Part shown: positions 1-6,558 of the stretch, one piece after another
How positions within the stretch are numbered: position 1 is the first letter of the stretch
Layout of the letters: every line of letters begins with the position of its first letter
Assembly (NCBI GenBank): GCA_002794465.1
Contig: MTSL01000111.1
Span: 1 to 7,039 of the forward strand
Source of the DNA: Paramicrosporidium saccamoebae KSL3
Lineage: Eukaryota > Fungi > Cryptomycota
Length of the DNA stretch: 7,039 nt
Direction: 5' to 3'
Translations under genes and position numbers: made by a program
Notes under the pieces: generated by a model
Databases searched by the model: none
What the model saw: only the letters and a program-made list of their open reading frames with translations
Told to the model about the DNA's origin: nothing

Positions 1-237
1 AGGGCAGCGAGATGTGTATCCATATTATTCTAAGATTAGCAGTAAACAAACCGCCCTTCCCGCCTGACAAAGTCCGTGGTATTATTATCCCTACTACGCG
101 ACAGTGGCCATGACAGATTATATCGCAGACATAGAGACCCTTTATCTCAGCTCTCTCGCAAGAATGCTGATAGCTTTACTGTAAACCAAAATCTGTACAA
201 AGCTTTACAGGGATCATCTTCTCTTTCACTAACAGGA

Positions 238-988
238 TTATTGCTTTAATCGCCGCCTCTTTTCATTATTTGAGATGGATTCCGGTTGCGTGGGCCCGGA
301 GGGGGCTAGAGCCGCAGTTTTTTCTTCTATCTCTTCAATCTGCCGTAATGTTGAAGCAATCGCGGCTTCGATATTCAAAAGTTCTTCCCGTTCAAGTTTC
401 TCATCTATGGATATTAGCTTGACATATCAATATGATTTACATTCAGCATATCGAGGGCTCGTTTTTGGATCGACATATTGTAGTTCCTGCTTCAAAATAT
501 CCGCCATGAGTTCTGTAGGTGGATCAAATATAATCTCTTCATAGTGCTCCGAGATCACTGGACGCGAGGTCTTTACCTGGCTTGCCTCTTCTGTGGGATA
601 CAGCATCAGATGGTGAGTAAAATTGAGGGGTTTCTGATTTGCGTCCTGAAACACAATCCTGATATTCAATTGGAACTCTCCCCAGCCCGTTTCTGTCACT
701 TCAAATGGTGCCTGCTCAATTGCTAAATATTAAAATGGAAATATCCGAGGGAGTACCACGGGAGGGTGTTGGAAACGACTCGTGAAGTCGAAAAACAACC
801 CTTTTAATGTACTTTGAAATGTCCTCGTCATGGAATCCACGGACATAGATGGTCCATTTGTGTGTGTGGTCACTTTCTGGCTTTTTTATAGGAACTGCAA
901 TGCTGCCGTATACTATCGAACGTTGCATTTGCCTGTCAGAAGGTCTAGCATTCTCGACTTGTTCTCTAGACAAGGTCTCAAAAGTCAT
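238..988 (-). CDS. YAF9: YEATS-domain protein, Yaf9/GAS41 type (NuA4/SWR1 subunit). Exons 988-757, 722-441 and 404-238; 226 aa.
   Basis: Splicing joins two track ORFs into [50 protein letters not shown], the YEATS acyl-lysine reader core. This is followed by YEEIIFDPPTE and a coiled-coil-like tail (YEKLEREELLNIEAAIASTLRQIEEIEEK), with stop TAA at 240-238. The length is close to known Yaf9/GAS41 proteins. The start at 988 is less certain; there is a second in-frame ATG at 928. Confidence 0.93.
405..440 (-). other. Spliceosomal intron 2 of YAF9 (36 nt)
   Basis: GTAAAT...GCTAATATCCATAG. It contains an in-frame TGA (429-427), and removal continues the frame into the coiled-coil tail. Confidence 0.85.
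723..756 (-). other. Spliceosomal intron 1 of YAF9 (34 nt)
   Basis: GTACTC...TTTAATATTTAG. Removal restores [19 protein letters not shown]. Confidence 0.93.
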
Positions 989-1055
989 CGGTTAAAGGGA
1001 ATGAGTTTTCCTTTATTTCGTTGATCGTTGACCCAGTCTAGTATCGGAAGGACTA
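989..1055. promoter_or_regulatory. Putative bidirectional promoter and 5' UTRs between YAF9 and TANGO2 (67 nt)
   Basis: Inferred from position between divergent ATGs at 988 (-) and 1056 (+). No specific motif was confidently identified. Confidence 0.55.
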
Positions 1056-2066
1056 ATGTGCATCGTTTTCATAATTAGAGGATCTGCAATGCCTGTATGG
1101 CTGCCATACAAATTGTAATATTCACCTGTGTTAGTTTAACTACGCATTAGAATCATAGCTGCTAACAGGGACGAGCTTATTGAGCGTCCAACAACACCCC
1201 TGAGCACTTTCAAGCTTGGAGATAGGACAATCCATGCCGGGAGAGACGTAAAAGGTGGTGGAACATGGCTCGGCTTGAATGATAGGGGTCTTCTTGCCCT
1301 AGTTACAAACAATCGTCAAGCACCAGCTGTTAAAGGTTCAGTAAGATCACGGGGCGAGCTTCCCATGGCCGTTCTTGGAAAGGCTTCACTCCATGGCACT
1401 GTGGAATCTTTGAGCAAAATCAAAGGTGAATTCTCAAACTTTAATTTATTAATGGCCGATCTCAATGATGAGAGGACGGGGATAGAATACATTTCATCTC
1501 TGGATAGTGGCAAGAGAGTTGAAGCTAATTGCTTTTCACTCTCAAATGGTTCCATCAACTCAAAGTGGCCCAAGATGCAGTATGGAGAACAGAAAATGAC
1601 CGAGTTAATAAGCGTAGCAACAAATATGGAAGACTTGCTGAAGAAGGTCCTTCGTGTGCTCACGGATACAATGCAATTTCAATCCTGCCAGTTGCCCACC
1701 AACACTACCCTTTCCCCATCTTTTGAAAAACGGCTCTCCTCCGTTTTTGTTGTTCCATTCAAAGTAAGCTCTGCTGATAGTCCGATACCGCACGCTTCCA
1801 GCAATTTTTCATTTGGTACCGTTTCCAGTAGTATCATTATTGTGGGTAACGACGGGAGAGTTGATTTTTTCGAGATTTCCTGGAGGGAATTGGATGAAAC
1901 ACTTGCCGAGTCTGTCGAGTCAGACGGTAAAGGAAATCAACAGCCTGCCAAGCCAAGTGATGAATGGTTTCAGAGAACATATTTGCATTTCATTATGAAC
2001 AGGATACATGTACAATTTAACTATACTTCCGATGCCTGCCTAGGCAGCCTTGAGTTGCGCGGTTAA
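1056..2066 (+). CDS. TANGO2: TANGO2/NRDE-family protein. Exons 1056-1114 and 1151-2066; 324 aa.
   Basis: The spliced N-terminus reads MCIVFII...PYKLIIAANRDELIERPT (NRDE at 1164-1175). It continues GRDVKGGGTWLGLN..LALVTN, SRGELP, FNLL, SLSNG...WPK and LSSVFV...FGTVSSSIIIV, all family hallmarks. The C-terminal ~60 aa are not recognisably conserved. Confidence 0.92.
1115..1150 (+). other. Spliceosomal intron of TANGO2 (36 nt)
   Basis: GTAATA...TTTAACTACGCATTAG, with an in-frame TAA at 1116-1118. Removal restores YKLIIAANRDE. Confidence 0.93.
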
Positions 2067-3499
2067 GACAGTCTCGAGATTTATCAGGAATCCATCTTCA
2101 TAAATATTCGCCGAAAATCGGCTTGCAGCCGAATCGCGAGCCTTTGTACGTAATTCAAGTCGTCTTGATTCGGGCATGGATATGATTTGCTTGATGGTTT
2201 GTGCATATTCTTCAATAGTACTACAAAGAAAGCCATCTTCATTGTGATGAATAATGTCAGACTTGGGGCCACCAGAATTATTAGCGACTGTGATTATCCC
2301 CGACGCCATAAGCTCAACGATACTAATGCCAAAGTGCTCCTCTTTCATTGTGTGGATTCCAATAGATGCACGTGATAGCATATTCAAAATGTCTTTGTGG
2401 CTAATATTTACTCGAATCTCGACGGAACTTTCAATTCCAAGATCTTTTGCTAGCTGATTGAAATGTTCGGAGCGCTTTACATCCTGATCATTACGACAGC
2501 CTCCGTACATTACAAGCTTCACTTTCCCCATCCATTCGGGAGCAATTTCGAATAAACGCTTCATTACATAGATCTGCATTATTTGATTTTTTTCTGGACG
2601 AAATTGGCTGAGGGAAAAAATGACAGGCTCACGTTCATTGTGGAGATCCAGTGCCTCCATGCTTGCCAAGTCACATGGTGGAAATACTTTTGTGCATTTA
2701 GATTTTGGCCAGACTTTTCCGAGATGTTCAAGAGTCCATTCGCTGTTGGCCATGCTACAAGATGTCTGGCTTCCACAAAAGCCATAGATTCTGGACAGCA
2801 GCCCATAATACACCGATTTGACCTTGGTCAACAGTCCAGAGCGGGCTACTAGAGGCGAATTGTTGATGGAAACGTTCTGATTCGCGACGGTCTGCATCAT
2901 GTCAGAACTGATAAACGGATAGTGGACGTAGGAAACGATTGGGACTTTGGCGGTAGAAAAGACGGGATACGCAAACGCGCATCCTTCCGTGTCAATGAGA
3001 ATGTCGGGTTTGAACTTGACAAGACACTCAATGCCCATCAACCACATTCCGATGGCCTGCAGGAGCATCGTCAAACGGGGATACCACCTAGCCTCGATAA
3101 AGTATGCGCTAACGAGACGGACAAAGCCTACTGGTCCTTGAAGTTTGATCCCGAACGTATCCTATAGTTGTGAGTGCTTTAAAGACTCTTACTTCTGCTC
3201 TTTCGCAAATCTCTTTTGGAGATACCTCATCAACCAGAGTATATACGACAATTCGAGCTTCAGGATATCTTTTTTGTACGGCAATGATGCTCATCCACAG
3301 CACTCGCTCACCGCCGCCTCCGGCTTGACTAGTACACATCAGGACGGTACTGAACTCGAACTTACCAATGTGGATGAAGGAATGCAATATCGTATTGGGC
3401 GGGATTTGCCTTCTTCTTCCTAATAAAGACGCTGAACATGGTATCTATAACATAGCAAACCACTCCAACGATGACGGCCGAAACTATGCGTTCATTCAT
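2040..3499 (-). CDS. ALG11: GDP-Man:Man3GlcNAc2-PP-dolichol alpha-1,2-mannosyltransferase (GT4). Exons 3499-3366, 3328-3193 and 3161-2040; 463 aa.
   Basis: An N-terminal hydrophobic anchor (IVSAVIVGVVCYVIDTMFSVFI-RKKK) precedes the spliced AFLHPHCQAGGGGERVLW. Later motifs are YVHYPFISSDM, ANSEWT, FPPCD, QFRPEKNQ, GGCRN, EHFGISIVE (EX7E) and NSGGPKSDI. Confidence 0.96.
3162..3192 (-). other. Spliceosomal intron 2 of ALG11 (31 nt)
   Basis: GTAAGA...CTCACAACTATAG. Removal joins ERAE to DTFGIKL and puts it in frame with ORF 2040-3074. Confidence 0.92.
3329..3365 (-). other. Spliceosomal intron 1 of ALG11 (37 nt)
   Basis: GTAAGT...CCTGATGTGTACTAG. Removal restores HPHCQAGGGGERVLW. Confidence 0.94.
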
Positions 3500-3559
3500 G
3501 CGTCAATAGCCAATCAGGGTCAGGCCTATCTAGAAAAACTGCGCAGGCGCGAACTATTC
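3500..3559. promoter_or_regulatory. Putative bidirectional promoter between ALG11 and TOP3A (60 nt) with a CCAAT box and a GC-rich element
   Basis: Lies between divergent ATGs at 3499 (-) and 3560 (+). Contains AGCCAATCAG (3508-3517) and TGCGCAGGCGCG (3540-3551). Confidence 0.62.
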
Positions 3560-6456
3560 ATGCGAATTCTCAATGTCGCCGAGAAGCCTTCCATGGCAAA
3601 GCAGCTATCATCTATTCTATCTGGAGATGATATGGATTCTGTAATATATATTGCAGGTGAAGTGTTCAATTCTTGTAGACGAACGGAAAGAACAAGTACT
3701 GCCGGAATTTTATTTTTCAATACTCTTTCCACGGCCAGAATGCAACAATGGTGATGACCAGTGTTCTGGGACACATCAAAGGACTCGATTTTGGGCCCGA
3801 ATACAGTGACTGGCAGAGAGTTCCAGTCGAGGAATTATTCCGCGTCCCGGTCATTTCGGAAGTGTCCAGCAACATGAAGGATGTTGCTGAAAATCTTCGG
3901 CTCGAGGCCCGGAAGTCTCAAGTTTTGATCATCTGGACAGATTGCGATCGAGAGGGAGAGTACATTGGCGCTGAAATTTCGGAGATATGTCGGCAGGCAA
4001 ATTCTCGCCTGGATGTGTATCGTGCCCGCTACTCTGTCCTGAGCAGCCATGAGCTGGATCGCTCTATGCGAAGCCTGTCGCGGCTTGATATGCGTCAAGT
4101 GTCTGCAGCCGAGTTGCGGTCAGAGCTAGATTTGCGCGGAGGCGCCGCATTCACCAGACTCCAAACGCTAAACTTTCGAATTCAGGCAGAGCTTCGAGAC
4201 AAGGTGATCAGCTACGGATCTTGCCAATTCCCCACTCTGGGGTTTATTGTGGAGCAATATCTAAGGCTAATACGGTTTGTACCTGAACCCTTTTGGACAA
4301 TCCAGATGAATATCCTGAAAACAAAGTTTTCTTGGAGACGCAACCGACTCTTTGATCGCTTCATCTGTGGAATTCTTTACGAGAGATGCATAGAACGGAA
4401 AAAGGCAACAATAGTCAAGGTGGAATCTAAACCAATCTCTAAATGGTACTGAAAAGAGGCCTCCTAATATTGTAGGCGACCATTACCGTTGCGCACAGTC
4501 GAGCTACAAAAAATGGGTGCGCGTTATTTGAAATTATCCTCGGATAAGATTATGGAGATTGCTGAAAAGTTGTATAATCAAGGATTAATCAGCTATCCGA
4601 GGACAGAGACAGACATGTTTGAATCATCCTTTGATCTTCACAGCCTTATCTCGCGCCAAAAAAACAGCCCAAAATGGGGATCTTATGCCGAGAGCCTGTC
4701 TAATGGGAAATTCAAATTCCCAAAAGCGGGGAAGAACAATGACAAAGCCCATCCGCCCATTCATCCCACCAAAGACGGATCAAGTTTGACGGGAGCCGAG
4801 GCAAAAGTATATGAATTTGTTACTAGGAGATTTCTAGCTTGTTGTTCCGAGGATGCCAAGGGGCTGGAGACTGTTGTCCTGGCAAGTATTGGCGATGAGG
4901 AGTTCAGAGCGCGAGGGGTCATGGTCCGTGAACTGAACTATCTCCAAGTGTATATTTATGAAAATTGGAATGATCAGGCAATAGACAATTTTGCCGTCGG
5001 AGATCAACTCGAACCGTCTCGTCTAGAAATGACAATGTCAACCACCGTGGCTCCAAAATTACTATCCGAGCCCGAACTGATCGGATCGATGGACAAGAAC
5101 GGCATTGGAACTGATGCCACAATTCATGAACACATTAAGAAGATTATAGAGCGCCAATACGTGATCAAAAATTCAGAATCACGGTTCCACCCAACCAACC
5201 TGGGATTGTCACTAGTCGTAGGTTATGACCAGATCGGATTGGAAGAGTCTCTCACTAAGCCAAAACTCCGCGCTTCCCTGGAACATGATTTGGGCGAAAT
5301 TTGTGAAGGAAGAAAAACCAAGCATCAAGTCTTGTCTGAAATGCTCCAATTGTTCCAGAATTCACTCTCTGCCACTCTAAACAACATTGACGTCTTGTAC
5401 AGGACGCTGGAAGAAAATAGGCGATCGGGATTACTTGAACCGGCCCCACTTGACAATGCGGAAAGTTTTAGTAGAGGTGGTGGTGGGGGTAGCAGAGATG
5501 GGAGTGATAGAGGTAGAGGTGGAGGTGGGGGTGGTAGAGGCGATAATGATGGCGGTGGGGATGACGATAATGGCAATAGTGGCGGCGGAGGCGGTAGGAC
5601 GAGGGATAATGTCACAATTGGAAATGGAATGAGGAATAATGTTCCGATCAGCACTGGGATGAATAATAATATTCCAGTCAGTATTGGAACGAGGAATAAT
5701 GCCCCGATCAGCATTGGGACGAATAATAGGGTTCCGGTCAGTATTGGGACGAGGAACAGTGCTCTTATTAGCAATGGGATGAGAAACAATGTCCCCGCTG
5801 GAGATGGGCCTGAGTGCGGCTGTAGGAAGCCGTCCACGAGAAGGATTACAAAGAAAGAGGGCCCTAACTTTGGAAGAGCGTTTTGGTCTTGTGGCGACTG
5901 TAATTATTTCTGTTGGACCGAAGACGTCAGAGCAGGCGGCTTAGTGAGGGAAACTTGTACATTTAATAACGCCACCGTCAACTGCAACTGCGGGAAAGAG
6001 GCAGTGATGCGAACGGTGACCAGAGATGGTCCGAACCAAGGGAGGCCTTTTGCAGTTTGTGCGTCCCCAAAAGAAGCCTCTTGCTCATTTTTTGCATGGC
6101 AAGATCAAGAAGCAGCTGCACCTACTCGTCCAGTTTCAAAATTTGATCACAAAGTGCAGTGCGACTGTGGAATGGTGGCGGTTAGGGAAGAGACGAGGAA
6201 TGGTCCAAATAAGGGTCGAGTCTATCTCCGCTGCAGCAAGACTGTCAAAAAGTGCAGGTTCTTTGAATGGGAGGATGGGAATTCGACAAATAGTGAATTT
6301 ACGATCACCTGTTACAAATGTGGTCAGGCTGGACATTTTGCAAATGCCTGCACGCTTGCCGAGGCGACTGACATGGATGCCGCTCCGCGGAGCCGAGGTA
6401 GAGGTAGGGGCCGAGGACGCGGATCGTACAAAAGACGCAAGACGACAGATGATTGA
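3560..6456 (+). CDS. TOP3A: DNA topoisomerase III alpha (type IA). Exons 3560-3640, 3679-4445 and 4476-6456; 942 aa.
   Basis: TOPRIM motifs are LNVAEKPS, MTSVLGH and WTDCDREGE. Also present are SYGSCQFPTLGF, the spliced SKWRPLPLRTVELQK, the active site GLISYPRTETD (catalytic Tyr codon 4594-4596), DKAHPPIHPT and GIGTDAT. C-terminal GRF and CCHC zinc fingers indicate the alpha type. Confidence 0.96.
3641..3678 (+). other. Spliceosomal intron 1 of TOP3A (38 nt)
   Basis: GTAATA...TTCAATTCTTGTAG. Removal links the MRILNVAEKPS exon to TNGKNKYCRNFIF...MTSVLGH. Confidence 0.9.
4446..4475 (+). other. Spliceosomal intron 2 of TOP3A (30 nt)
   Basis: GTACTG...CCTAATATTGTAG, with an in-frame TGA at 4450-4452. 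Removal restores SKWRPLPL. Confidence 0.95.
5470..5610 (+). repeat. Gly/Arg/Asp-rich low-complexity coding segment in TOP3A
   Basis: 23 of 47 codons are Gly. It includes a 19-nt near-duplicate at 5472-5490 and 5514-5532 (18/19 identical). Confidence 0.85.
5611..5790 (+). repeat. Coding tandem repeat of 6 x 30 nt (10 aa) in TOP3A
   Basis: The units are VTIGNGMRNN, VPISTGMNNN, IPVSIGTRNN, APISIGTNNR, VPVSIGTRNS and ALISNGMRNN. Confidence 0.9.
5815..6351 (+). other. TOP3A zinc-finger cluster: three GRF-type fingers (5815-5916, 5983-6099, 6160-6270) and a CCHC knuckle (6310-6351)
   Basis: Three copies of CxC...GPNxGRxF/Y..C...C.F(F).W, followed by CYKCGQAGHFANAC. Confidence 0.9.
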
Positions 6457-6558
6457 TCAATTTCGAGATAGAGAACAGAATATATAGTATATAGAACGTG
6501 ATTCACATTAATTGACAGCATTTATAATTATGAACTATTCCTCTTGTACTCCCATCCG
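6457..6558. terminator. AT-rich shared 3' region between convergent TOP3A and ACP1 (102 nt)
   Basis: Inferred from position. Contains TATATA twice (6481-6486, 6488-6493) and further AT-rich runs. Confidence 0.4.

Noticed and set aside
1764-1801. Strong donor GTAAGC and a CAG acceptor inside TANGO2
   Set aside because: Removing these 38 nt frameshifts to an early TAG and destroys the FGTVSSSIIIV motif. No in-frame acceptor is nearby.
2010-2043. Possible 34-nt GTACAA...CCTAG intron in the TANGO2 tail
   Set aside because: The branch-like TTTAAC is 23 nt from the AG rather than the 7-11 nt seen in supported introns, and no conserved motif requires splicing. The overlap with ALG11 would persist anyway.
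2036-2047. Perfect 12-bp palindrome CTGCCTAGGCAG over the ALG11 stop codon
   Set aside because: One or two such palindromes are expected by chance in 7 kb.
1029-3534. TGACCC/GGGTCA and TCTAG shared by both divergent spacers
   Set aside because: About one to two shared hexamers are expected by chance between two ~60-nt sequences when both strands are considered.
3368-3559. Open frame upstream of the TOP3A ATG, which could encode a mitochondrial-targeting extension like that of animal TOP3A
   Set aside because: The only upstream in-frame ATGs (3368, 3374) lie deep inside antisense ALG11, and the peptide has many acidic residues unlike a presequence. MRILNVAEKPS already matches a fungal-type Top3 start.
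5611-5790. Regular 30-nt periodicity as a possible CRISPR array or mobile-element end
   Set aside because: The units are contiguous, degenerate and in frame within a eukaryotic CDS. There are no unique spacers, terminal repeats or transposase.
5325-5837. 170-aa antisense ORF with Pro/Leu runs and repeats
   Set aside because: It is a shadow of the Gly-rich and tandem-repeat region of TOP3A and has no independent coding evidence.
275-6521. Remaining short track ORFs (e.g. 275-544, 544-726, 830-1024, 1316-1663, 2187-2457, 2583-2852, 2922-3423, 3835-4098, 6026-6487)
   Set aside because: All lie antisense or out of frame within the five recognised genes, and none shows a recognisable motif.
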